From: an uncultured bacterium
GTDB lineage: Bacteria; Oederibacteriota; Oederibacteriia; Oederibacteriales; Oederibacteriaceae
Direction: 5' to 3'
Assembly: GCA_965112635.1 (NCBI GenBank)
Contig: OZ218778.1
Coordinates: 1,664,001 to 1,728,000 of the forward strand
DNA: 64,000 bases
In this document: positions 42,942-51,556 of the stretch, piece after piece
How positions within the stretch are numbered: position 1 is the stretch's first letter
Layout: each line of letters begins with the position of its first letter
Position numbers and translations under genes: made by a program
Notes under the pieces: model-generated
Told to the model about the DNA's origin: nothing
What the model saw: the letters and a program-made list of their open reading frames with translations, nothing else
Database searches by the model: none

Positions 42942-43667
42942 ATGGTAGAGAAGAGGAATGCCTGCAAAAAAATCAGCCAGAAAACCTGTCCTCAGGTGGA
43001 CGCCAAATTGCTGCTTGCTTCCGAGTTTTTTCAGGGGTTATCCGCTTCACTTTTAAAACATATCCTGTCCATCACCATCAGAAGAGAGGTCAAGGCCGGC
43101 GAAGAGATATTCAGCGACGGCGACCCCTGCCTGGCCATGTATCTATTGCTGCGGGGCGGGGTCAAGATCACGAAGTATTCGGAAAAAGGAAGGGAACAGA
43201 TAATCCGACAGGTAAACCCTGGGGAGGTCTTCGGCGAAGCGCCATTGTTTTTCAAGAAAAGTATTTATAGAGCAACGGCCGTAGCCCAGAAACCAGGCTG
43301 CGTCCTTTCCATCCCCAAAGCCGGACTCGTTGAGCTGATCAAACTTTACCCGGAATTTTCTTTGAACATCATCATCGCCATCTCCGAACATGTCCGGGAG
43401 CATGTGGAAATGATGGAGAGCATATCCTTCAAGCCGGTGATCCGGCGGCTGGCTACACATGTGCTGGAACTAGCGGCCAAACAGGGAGGCCCCTATCCCG
43501 GCCAGGTCTTGAAATTGGGACAGACCCAAGTTGAACTGTCAGCCCAACTGGGTACGGTGCGTGAAGTGGCCTGGCGGGCTTTGCATCAATTCGAAAAAAT
43601 GGGCGCCATACAGGTGCATGGCCAGAAGCTAAAACTCAAAGATCCTGATAAATTAAGGAATTTCTAG
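42942..43667 (+). CDS. Crp/Fnr family transcriptional regulator
   Basis: cNMP-like domain (GREQII..PGEVFGE), HTH TQVELSAQLGTVREVAWRAL. Confidence 0.93.
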   Translation: MVEKRNACKKISQKTCPQVDAKLLLASEFFQGLSASLLKHILSITIRREVKAGEEIFSDGDPCLAMYLLLRGGVKITKYSEKGREQIIRQVNPGEVFGEAPLFFKKSIYRATAVAQKPGCVLSIPKAGLVELIKLYPEFSLNIIIAISEHVREHVEMMESISFKPVIRRLATHVLELAAKQGGPYPGQVLKLGQTQVELSAQLGTVREVAWRALHQFEKMGAIQVHGQKLKLKDPDKLRNF

Positions 43668-43752
43668 CTTACTGCATATTACTAAGCCTTTTAACTCCTT
43701 CCCCAAAACTTGTCAAATATATAGTCCAAACCCATTAGAAAATAGTTAGGAA

Positions 43753-43795
43753 AGAGACTTAAGTCACATCTTAAAACCTACGGCTTCCCTATAAT
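43753..43795 (+). promoter_or_regulatory. CRP-type box plus -10 element (class II activated promoter) for the yceI operon
   Basis: AGAGA-CTTAAG-TCACA (43753-43768) versus consensus TGTGA-N6-TCACA; TATAAT at 43790-43795 places the box centre at about -41.5. Confidence 0.7.
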
Positions 43796-43847
43796 TAAAT
43801 CAGGAGAGGGTTTGAATAGGGTTTGTTGATCCATGGGGGTGAGGCAA

Positions 43848-44585
43848 ATGGCCAGAAATTTTGGGAATAAAAAAACCGGAATTACTATAGGGTTATTATA
43901 TCTTCTCATGACTGCGCTCACTTGGGGCAGCCTGCCTGTCGCAGGGCAGAACTCTCTCACCCCTACTGCACGAGAACCGTTTTTTGTCCTTGATCCCCAG
44001 AGCAAGATGTGGCTGGACGGCAACTCCACCCTGCATGCTTTTACCATCAAGGCAACCAAAATGGAGTTAGCAGTGGAGTTGCGGGTCATAGCTCAGCCCA
44101 AGGGACCGGACAGCGTCAAGGCACTCCTTAGTCAATTGATACAAAATAAAGGATTGGATAAATTCGAATTTGTGGTACCCGTGGAGGGATTGAAATCCGG
44201 GGAAGGCGATATGGACAACAATATGTACAGCGCCCTCAAAGAAAAGGATAACCCGCAGATCACATTCCTGTTAACCGATTATGAGATATTGTCCCAACCA
44301 TCCCAGGAGGGAAGGTATTCCATTAAAGCCAAAGGGCAGCTGACCATTGCCGGAAAAGAAAAAGATGTTGAAATGAACCTTAATGCCCAGGTACTAGACA
44401 CCGGACTGCATATCCAGGGCAAGAAGGAGATACTCCAGACCGATTTCGGAGTCCAGCCGGTGGTGATGTTTTTCGTGATCAGCGTGGATAATAAGATTGC
44501 GGTCAATTTTGACCTGACCCTTGATTTTGACAAGACAAAACTAGCCAAAGTAATAGAAACCAATCTCGGGAAGGAGGAAAAATGA
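43848..44585 (+). CDS. YceI-family lipid/polyisoprenoid-binding periplasmic protein
   Basis: Signal peptide; LDGNSTLHAF, VEGLKSGEGDMDNNMYSAL, PQITF, GQLTIAG, TDFGVQP; start at ATG 43848 or 43833. Confidence 0.88.
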   Translation: MARNFGNKKTGITIGLLYLLMTALTWGSLPVAGQNSLTPTAREPFFVLDPQSKMWLDGNSTLHAFTIKATKMELAVELRVIAQPKGPDSVKALLSQLIQNKGLDKFEFVVPVEGLKSGEGDMDNNMYSALKEKDNPQITFLLTDYEILSQPSQEGRYSIKAKGQLTIAGKEKDVEMNLNAQVLDTGLHIQGKKEILQTDFGVQPVVMFFVISVDNKIAVNFDLTLDFDKTKLAKVIETNLGKEEK

Positions 44586-45997
44586 AATTTCTAAAGAGAT
44601 TATTTTTAGCAGCCGTGCTGATGCTGAGTTTCCGCCCATACAGTTTCGGTGCTGAGGTGGTAAGGAATGAAGACCTGGCCCTAAATATAGGGGGGAGATT
44701 CCAGGAAATGGGTGAGTTGGAGGAAGTGACCGACGATCCCATCAGGGATCAGTGGAGAGTTTATTTATTTAATGTGGAAGACCGTTTATTCGTCAATGGG
44801 AATTATAAAGGCACGCAATTTTATTTTGAGGAGGCCCTGGGGGGAGAGGCATTGAACAGTTCCAACAACCAGATCAATTTGCTCGAGTTTGCCGCCCAGG
44901 TTCCCATCGTGGAGGGATTATCCGTCATGACGGGACAATTTAAGTTACCCGTCAATTTGGAGAGCGCGGACTATGACGGGGATATGCTTTTTACGGAAAA
45001 ATCAGAGTTGATGGAATTGTTCTTCAACGCGGGCTATGACACGGGTCTGGCCTTGGTGGGCCAATACGGCAACTTGGACGCCATCCTGGGGACGGTCGAC
45101 GGTTCACCAAATCTGCCGCAACGCTATCTGCCGGAATATTTCAACTTCCCGCCTATGCTTATCGGACGATTGGGATACACTAGCGGGATCAAGGATGACC
45201 CTTTTCATCCCAAACAGGAAGGGTTTGACAAGCTAGATAATATCCAGTTTGGCGTGCACCTAAACGGGATCTATGTCAATGACAGCAACGCCGGGCACTC
45301 CACAGACACATCCCTTCAGAACAGCTATTTCACCACTGCCAGCGCCCTTTCCTATTACGGCAACGCCCTGCTTTCCACCGCGTGGAACCCTTTTCTCGGC
45401 AAGACCGCACAAAATTACGGACGGGTGAATGCCCAATACTGGTATTCCAGCGTGGATGCCCAGTTCAGGGCCCCAGTAGGCAGTACCACTTTCACGCTAC
45501 AAGCCCAGTGGAACGCGGCCCAATTCCAGGCCTCCAACTTTCAACCATTCACCCTGAACGGCCAGACGGTCACTAACGGCGCTTTGAACATCAACGGCGG
45601 TGAGGTCCAGGCTTCGCTGGGTGACAATCCCCTGGAAATCGCAGGGCGATTTGCCATGGTCATCCCGGACGCCGGATTTGCCTACACGGTTGCGAATACC
45701 TACACTTCCGGGCCGAACAAGGGCAGCGTTATCCCGAATTCGTATGCAAGCTACCCCATCACCGGCAGCGACCAGATCTACGAGTGGACCGGAGCGATCA
45801 CTCTGCATGTAAACAAGAATACCAAGATTGTCAGTGAGATCATGGGCCTTTACAATACTCCTGAGTCCCTCGGCAACGATGGAACATATGTGATCGCGGA
45901 AATGCCGACCCAGGTCACCAATGCCTCGTCCACGTCTCCAATCTCTCGTGCTGCGTTCGTGTCGGTGGGACGGATGTTATTCCAATATTCTTTTTGA
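44582..45997 (+). CDS. Outer-membrane beta-barrel protein (porin-like, OprO/P-like N-terminus)
   Basis: Signal peptide, LNIGGRFQ, GQFKLP, amphipathic strands, C-terminal FQYSF BAM signal. Confidence 0.7.
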   Translation: MKFLKRLFLAAVLMLSFRPYSFGAEVVRNEDLALNIGGRFQEMGELEEVTDDPIRDQWRVYLFNVEDRLFVNGNYKGTQFYFEEALGGEALNSSNNQINLLEFAAQVPIVEGLSVMTGQFKLPVNLESADYDGDMLFTEKSELMELFFNAGYDTGLALVGQYGNLDAILGTVDGSPNLPQRYLPEYFNFPPMLIGRLGYTSGIKDDPFHPKQEGFDKLDNIQFGVHLNGIYVNDSNAGHSTDTSLQNSYFTTASALSYYGNALLSTAWNPFLGKTAQNYGRVNAQYWYSSVDAQFRAPVGSTTFTLQAQWNAAQFQASNFQPFTLNGQTVTNGALNINGGEVQASLGDNPLEIAGRFAMVIPDAGFAYTVANTYTSGPNKGSVIPNSYASYPITGSDQIYEWTGAITLHVNKNTKIVSEIMGLYNTPESLGNDGTYVIAEMPTQVTNASSTSPISRAAFVSVGRMLFQYSF

Positions 45998-46043
45998 AAC
46001 AGAGTTGGAAAATATAGTGAGTTTGGCCCTTTAGGAGCAGGTC

Positions 46044-46682
46044 ATGAAGAAGATTAGAAGAAAGCATAAAATATCCCAGATAATGTTGCTGGCGGTTTTG
46101 GTCGTCGGTGCTGGCTTGGTCTTCCTAAGCCCTGCGTGGGCCGAGGAGGCCAAAACCTCATTTCAGGAGGAGAACGGTTTTTTTGTCCTGAAAGGATGGT
46201 TTCATACTTCTGCGCCGGCCAAGATCGTCTGGGATGTCCTGACCGATTACGACCATATCCAGGATTTTGTATCGTCCATGAAGAGCAGCCGGGTCATCAC
46301 GCATCAAGATAATGACCTTGTGGTAGACCAGAGGGCGGCTAGCAATTTTATGATGTTCTCTTTTGACGTCAATGTCCTCTTGCGGATTAAAGAAATGCCC
46401 TATGAAAAAATAGAATTCGTTGATAATGAGAAGAAAAATTTTAAGTATTATGAGGGTTTCTGGGGCATTGGGCAGGATCCTGAGGGTAAGGGCTGTTTAG
46501 TATCCTATAATTTAAAAGTTACCCCGAACTTTTATCTTCCTGGGTTTATCGCTGCAGGCATTTTCAAGGACAATGCATCGGCCATGCTGGGGGCTGTGAA
46601 GAAGGAAATTGAAACCAGGGAACAAAAGCAATATATCATAGGATCTAACGCAGGCCTCCAAAAATCACTGGCCTCTAATTGA
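46044..46682 (+). CDS. SRPBCC/START-fold (Coq10/polyketide cyclase-like) protein with signal peptide
   Basis: APAKIVWDVLTDYDHIQDFVSSMKSSRV, FKYYEGFW; basic-hydrophobic-AWA signal sequence. Confidence 0.85.
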   Translation: MKKIRRKHKISQIMLLAVLVVGAGLVFLSPAWAEEAKTSFQEENGFFVLKGWFHTSAPAKIVWDVLTDYDHIQDFVSSMKSSRVITHQDNDLVVDQRAASNFMMFSFDVNVLLRIKEMPYEKIEFVDNEKKNFKYYEGFWGIGQDPEGKGCLVSYNLKVTPNFYLPGFIAAGIFKDNASAMLGAVKKEIETREQKQYIIGSNAGLQKSLASN

Positions 46683-46749
46683 CAACTGTTTGAGCATGCC
46701 TAGGAAAAGCCTTCCTGGAGGAAGTAAATAAACTAAGCCAAATAAAAAT

Positions 46750-46758
46750 TGTTATACT
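46750..46758 (+). promoter_or_regulatory. Extended -10 promoter for the polyprenyl synthase
   Basis: TGTTATACT followed by a GGAGG SD. Confidence 0.45.
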
Positions 46759-46777
46759 TAGGGCGGAGGCATGTTCT

Positions 46778-47767
46778 ATGGAAATTCCTAAAATACTAGA
46801 AAGCCTTAAGGAGGATCTGAAGGTAGTAGAGGACCGAATGCTGGGGTCGTTCAGGTCGACACTCCCCTTTGTTAACGATATCAGCCTGCGGGCCGCCTTG
46901 GCTGGCGGCAAGCGCATCAGGCCGGCGATCCTGATCCTATCAAGCCAGGCCGTGACTGGATCTGTCGGGGCGTTAGACCTGGAAAACATTTATTGGCTGG
47001 CGGCTTCCGTAGAAATGATCCATTTAGCCAGCCTTGTCCACGACGATGTGGTAGACCATTCAGAGGTTCGACGGGGTGACCGGACGATTAACAGCCTGTG
47101 GGGAAACTCCATCTCGGTACTTCTTGGGGATAGCCTTTATGCCCGGGCATCCAGCCTGGTGAACCAATATGGTAATAAGGATATTCTGGATATCATTGCT
47201 TCCACGACCTCGACGATGTGCGAAGGCGAGATCAAAGAGATACGCAACCGGTTCAACCTGTCTCTCCAGGAAGAGGACTATCTGGATGTCCTGAGGATGA
47301 AAACAGCGGTTTTCACCGCGGCCTGCTGCGAGGTAGGGGCCAAATTTAGAGTTGCGGATGCTGGGGAAGTAAAAGCATTGCATGATTACGGGGAAGCCTT
47401 TGGCATGGTATTCCAAATAGTCGATGATATGTTCGATCTGTTTTCATCCATTGAAACAGTAGGAAAACCCGTGGGCTTGGATACCCATGACGGTTTCCTA
47501 ACTCTTCCGCTCATCCATACTTTAAAGACTTGCAGTCAGGGGGAGCGGGACCAGATCAATAAGATCCTGCGGAGCCAACCCAATGGACATGACCCCAAGG
47601 CAACCCTGAAAAACCTGGTCACACGTTATGGCGGAAGGGATTATGCGCATGAAAAAGCCAAGTATTATGTTGCCCACGCAGAAATGTGTTTGGAATCCCT
47701 AAAACCATCCCCAGCTAAGGATAAACTGAAAGAACTCGCCCTTTTTGCCTTGGAAAGAAAGTATTAA
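46778..47767 (+). CDS. Long-chain trans-polyprenyl diphosphate synthase (IspB/HepT-like)
   Basis: GGKRIRP, HLASLVHDDVVD..RRG (small residue before the first DDxxD indicates long chain), KTA, FQIVDD. Confidence 0.93.
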   Translation: MEIPKILESLKEDLKVVEDRMLGSFRSTLPFVNDISLRAALAGGKRIRPAILILSSQAVTGSVGALDLENIYWLAASVEMIHLASLVHDDVVDHSEVRRGDRTINSLWGNSISVLLGDSLYARASSLVNQYGNKDILDIIASTTSTMCEGEIKEIRNRFNLSLQEEDYLDVLRMKTAVFTAACCEVGAKFRVADAGEVKALHDYGEAFGMVFQIVDDMFDLFSSIETVGKPVGLDTHDGFLTLPLIHTLKTCSQGERDQINKILRSQPNGHDPKATLKNLVTRYGGRDYAHEKAKYYVAHAEMCLESLKPSPAKDKLKELALFALERKY

Positions 47768-47831
47768 ACAAATTTACGCTGGGTCTTTAATCCCGAGATT
47801 TTACGCTTGCCATGGTCAAAGAAAAGGGGAT

Positions 47832-48701
47832 CTATCCCAGGCATTCGGAAAGATAAGAAAGGAGTATAGAGCCGGAATGACGATAGCAAGGGACTGTTTC
47901 CCTATCTCGATAATCCACAAAAACTTTCTCCACCCTGGCTTTACTGTTTTTTAAAGGCAGGTTGCCCTGGCCGTAAATGACCAGCATTTTTTGGGCTGCC
48001 GGAATCCGGAATGATGATAATGCTTGGCCCTCCTGATTGTGCAGGCCGCAGACTAGAATGACCTCGTAATCCTCCCATTGTAACTTGTCCGCAGTCAGGA
48101 TTTCCAGCGGGTTTTTATGGATACGGGCGGCTTTTCTGGCAGGACCAAAATATTTTTTGTCCTTGGTGAACCAAACTTTAAATGGATCATTCAAATAGAT
48201 CCTGAGCCACCCAAAAGCATAGGCGCTGCGCAGCAGGGAACCCAGCTCGTGGGGATTGCTGGGCCGGTGGATTAAGACATCGGTTTGAGCCTGAGCTGTG
48301 CTCGGTTTTTTGATCCTTTGCCCGGAGAAATTTTTATCCAACACATATAATCCCACAGCTGCCGCTACCCCGACATTGAGAGAACCCAATTTAAAATTTT
48401 TCATAGGAATGGTCACCGTTTCATCAACCTGTTCAAGATCCTTTAAACCAATGCCCCTTTTTTCATTGCCCAGAACCAAAGCTGTCCTGCCAGGGAGAAG
48501 GGGAACTTGATAAATGTCCTTGCTTTTTCTGCCGGTTTCACAGGCAAGGATAACCCGATAATCTTTGCGGAGCGAGGCCAGCGAGCCCTTGGGGAGATAG
48601 CACAGTTCGGCCTGGGAAAGGGACGCGGCGTTGGATAAAAGGGGTTTGTTCCAATTACCTTCGATTTGGAGGCCCAAAAGGGTTAGGTTAGGTTTGATCA
48701 T
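47832..48701 (-). CDS. TrmH/SpoU-family RNA methyltransferase with tandem SPOUT domains
   Basis: LVLGNEKRGI, VTIPM, SLNVGVAA in the N-half; NPHELGSLLRSAYAFG in the C-half; start at 48701 or 48728. Confidence 0.8.
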   Translation of the reverse strand: MIKPNLTLLGLQIEGNWNKPLLSNAASLSQAELCYLPKGSLASLRKDYRVILACETGRKSKDIYQVPLLPGRTALVLGNEKRGIGLKDLEQVDETVTIPMKNFKLGSLNVGVAAAVGLYVLDKNFSGQRIKKPSTAQAQTDVLIHRPSNPHELGSLLRSAYAFGWLRIYLNDPFKVWFTKDKKYFGPARKAARIHKNPLEILTADKLQWEDYEVILVCGLHNQEGQALSSFRIPAAQKMLVIYGQGNLPLKNSKARVEKVFVDYRDRETVPCYRHSGSILLSYLSECLG

Positions 48702-48714
48702 GCTTTGGATGGAA

Positions 48715-50814
48715 TTATCCGAACACACGAACAGGTAGGATGGACATAGACAAGCCCTCCCACTGCAGGCGATTCTGGATGGCTGTGGCGGTCTCGTTGT
48801 GCATCAGGTGAGCATACCAGCGTTCCTGCTGGAAAATGAGTTTGCCGCCGAACACAACGACACGGGGAAAACGTTTAGCCACACGCAGGCACAACTTGGT
48901 CGCTGACTCAACCACGTCGGTGCCGATTTCCATCTCGTAATCTGCAGGAATACCCATACGCAAAGCCAGGTCTTTGTATTTTTTTAGGTCCTCAATGACT
49001 TGGACCTCCAGGGCTTTGAGCGAGTCTGTACCCTTAAAATTGCCTGAATTAACCATTCCTACGGAAACGAACACGACATTTTTAAAGTATCCTGGGTAAA
49101 GCATATGGAAAATTGAAAACAGGGAGTGCACACCCACGCTTCCGAATTCCTGCACCAGCAAGATGGCAGTCGGCTCGTTAAGGCTGAGCCTCTTGGTGGT
49201 CGGTTTGCCGTTGACCGGCAGGTTCTTGAGCTGTTCGTCAAGCCGTCGAATTTTGCCACTCACCGTCCGGTAATAGTGCTTGATCCAGAGGCAAAGCAAG
49301 ATGAGGCAGATGGTGACAGCTATGGTCATCCAGCCGCCGATGGCGAATTTTTCAAAGATCATAACCAGTAGGATGGATACGCAAAGGATGAAGCCCATCA
49401 GGGGGATAAAAGTCTTCTGGAGCCAGTTCCTATTTTTAGCCCTTCCATCCCAATACATTTTGATCAGGGAAAGCTGGGACAAGGAAAAGGTAATAAACAC
49501 GTTGATGCTGTACATGATGACCAGTAAATCTACATTGGCCTTGGTAAAGAGAACGAGAAAAATGGAGCCGGCCCCAAACAGAAACACGCCGTTGCGGATG
49601 GTAAACCTTTCGGACAGGGCGCTGAACCTTTTGGGAAACCACGAGTCAATAGCCATGTTGGCCATAACGCGGGGGCCATCGATAAACCCGGTTTGGGCGG
49701 CGAACATCAGGAGGCCCGCTTCGGACAATAAGGTAAGGATGATAAGGGTAAATTGCAGCCAGTCCGGGCCGAAGAAATCCATCTTAAAAACTTTATAAGC
49801 AAGAACGGCGTTCAAGGTCTGGTTGGGGTCGGGGATTATCTTGACGACCAGATAGGAAAGGAACAGGCCGGCAGAAGCGATGCAGAGGGATGCGGCCATG
49901 TATAACATGGTTCGTTTGCCCGACTCGATCTGGGGTTCACGCAAGATACCCATTCCGTTGGAAACCGCCTCGAGGCCGGTGTAGGTTCCGGCACCCATGG
50001 AATAAGCTTTTAAAAACACGAACAAGAGCGCGGCGAAGCCAAAGGTCTGGTAACCCTGGCCGCAGCCGGAGACGATTGAACCGGTCACCTCTGAAAGGTC
50101 GTTGCGGAACAGAAAAAACGAAGAGGCGATTAGGATGATGTGTGTGACGACAAAGATAAAGAACACAGGAAACATCGCCATGACGGATTCTTTGACCCCC
50201 CGCAAGTTCATAACGATCAAGAAACCGAGCAAGAGGATGTCGATCCATATCTTGAGAGGCTGGAAGGGAACGGGAATCATACTAAAGAGCAGGTTGCCTC
50301 CCACGGCTACGGACACGGTGATGGTCAGCATGTAGTCCACCATCAGGGCACAGCCGGAAACCAACCCGGCGTGGGGACCCAGCAGTTTCGAGGCAACCAC
50401 ATAACCTCCACCGCCATGCGGGAAGTTCTCGATGATCCTGCTGTAGGCAATGGAGATGATGATGATGGTCAACATTGTGGCTATGACCACTAGGGGGATG
50501 AGATAAGGATGCTGGAGCAGGGCTTTGAACGATTCCTCCGGTCCATAAGAAGAGGAGGAGATGCCATCCGCCCCCATGCCTACCCAGGCCAGAAGCGGTA
50601 TCAGGGCTACTTTATGGAATAAAGAGCGGTCCCAAAGGTTCTTGGGTGCACCAATCAAAAGGTATTTTAGCCCTCTTACCAAGGTGGTATATGGTGTTTT
50701 GTCCTTGGGTTGCTGGCCTATGGGGGGTTGGAGGTTTTGGATGACTTTATCCTGCTGTTTTTCCTCAAGGGTAGGGGACACCCTATGGTTATGATTCTTT
50801 ATTTTTTTTGCCAT
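48715..50814 (-). CDS. APC-superfamily transporter, KimA/YdaO-like (probable K+/H+ symporter)
   Basis: ADGISSSSYGPEE, PHGGGGY, VDYMLT, NLRGVKES, TGLEAVSNG; C-terminal cytosolic domain ending LMHNETA. Confidence 0.85.
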   Translation of the reverse strand: MAKKIKNHNHRVSPTLEEKQQDKVIQNLQPPIGQQPKDKTPYTTLVRGLKYLLIGAPKNLWDRSLFHKVALIPLLAWVGMGADGISSSSYGPEESFKALLQHPYLIPLVVIATMLTIIIISIAYSRIIENFPHGGGGYVVASKLLGPHAGLVSGCALMVDYMLTITVSVAVGGNLLFSMIPVPFQPLKIWIDILLLGFLIVMNLRGVKESVMAMFPVFFIFVVTHIILIASSFFLFRNDLSEVTGSIVSGCGQGYQTFGFAALLFVFLKAYSMGAGTYTGLEAVSNGMGILREPQIESGKRTMLYMAASLCIASAGLFLSYLVVKIIPDPNQTLNAVLAYKVFKMDFFGPDWLQFTLIILTLLSEAGLLMFAAQTGFIDGPRVMANMAIDSWFPKRFSALSERFTIRNGVFLFGAGSIFLVLFTKANVDLLVIMYSINVFITFSLSQLSLIKMYWDGRAKNRNWLQKTFIPLMGFILCVSILLVMIFEKFAIGGWMTIAVTICLILLCLWIKHYYRTVSGKIRRLDEQLKNLPVNGKPTTKRLSLNEPTAILLVQEFGSVGVHSLFSIFHMLYPGYFKNVVFVSVGMVNSGNFKGTDSLKALEVQVIEDLKKYKDLALRMGIPADYEMEIGTDVVESATKLCLRVAKRFPRVVVFGGKLIFQQERWYAHLMHNETATAIQNRLQWEGLSMSILPVRVFG

Positions 50815-50842
50815 TTTTTAGGCCTTTTCCATCAATTAAGCT

Positions 50843-50883
50843 AAAAAAAGAAAAAGACCAAAGACTTTATTGTCTTTGGCCTT
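50843..50883 (-). terminator. Intrinsic terminator in the leader of the KimA-like gene
   Basis: Minus strand AAGGCCAAAGAC-AATAAA-GTCTTTGGTCTT followed by TTTCTTTTTTT. Confidence 0.75.
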
Positions 50884-50926
50884 GAAACATGACAATAAAT
50901 CGAAAAAGGATTGAAATTATGTATAT

Positions 50927-50954
50927 ATTTTAATGTATCCCCATCCCTTGTCAA
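50927..50954 (-). promoter_or_regulatory. Sigma70-type promoter upstream of the KimA-like leader
   Basis: Minus strand TTGACA-16nt-TAAAAT. Confidence 0.6.
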
Positions 50955-50974
50955 TGAGGGTTTAACCTGATATT

Positions 50975-51475
50975 TCAACCCAAAAACTCAAGGATTGTCT
51001 TTTTCAAACCGGGGAAGCGTTTTAAAAGTTCGGAAGAGTCGGCTATCTCCAGGTCCTGATACTCAAAACCCGGAGCCACAGTACAGCCTACTAGGGAGAA
51101 AGAGCCACCTGTTAAAGGCGACGCGGCGAGCCAGTTGCCTGCAGGAACTGCCTTTTGGAATTTTTGGCCTTTGGTGGCATTTGGGCCAAGGGTCGTTTGG
51201 GTGAGCTTGCCCTTAGGCGAGATCTGGGTCAGGGTCAGGGGTGCTCCGATGTAAAAATGCCAGACCTCGTCAGACAAAAGCCTGTGCCAACGGGAACAGC
51301 TTCCGCCAGGAAGCAAGTAAAGGATGCAGGTTGAGTAAGCCCGCTTCCCCTTATATTTACGGGGGAGGGCAGAGGATGGAATAGTTTTGCCTGATCTGTA
51401 GGTTTCCCTGAAATAGCCGCCCTCGGGGTGGGGTTTTAGATTCAGCAATTGAATAAGTTTTTTTACTTGGATCAT
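50975..51475 (-). CDS. Cupin (DUF985/YML079W-like)
   Basis: LKPHPEGGYFRETYRS, WHRLLSDEVWHFY, LVGCTVAPGFEY; ATG 51475 after GAGG. Confidence 0.92.
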   Translation of the reverse strand: MIQVKKLIQLLNLKPHPEGGYFRETYRSGKTIPSSALPRKYKGKRAYSTCILYLLPGGSCSRWHRLLSDEVWHFYIGAPLTLTQISPKGKLTQTTLGPNATKGQKFQKAVPAGNWLAASPLTGGSFSLVGCTVAPGFEYQDLEIADSSELLKRFPGLKKTILEFLG

Positions 51476-51499
51476 TGAGCAACCTCGCTGATTAAAAGA

Positions 51500-51532
51500 A
51501 AAAGCCGCAGGTTGTTTCAACCTGCGGCTTTT
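51500..51532. terminator. Bidirectional intrinsic terminator
   Basis: Perfect inverted repeat AAAAGCCGCAGGTTG-TTT-CAACCTGCGGCTTTT. Confidence 0.85.
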
Positions 51533-51556
51533 AATCTTTCAAAAAAAAATATTGTT

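Noticed and set aside
43802-43835. AGGAG plus TTG mini-ORF (MNRVC-TGA) in frame with yceI, suggesting Cys-Sec readthrough
   Set aside because: No evident SECIS-like hairpin, it would sit ahead of a signal peptide, and ATG 43848 has its own SD-like sequence
50815-50975. c-di-AMP (ydaO) riboswitch expected upstream of a KimA-like gene
   Set aside because: The region is too short and AT-rich, and the conserved aptamer motifs are not visible
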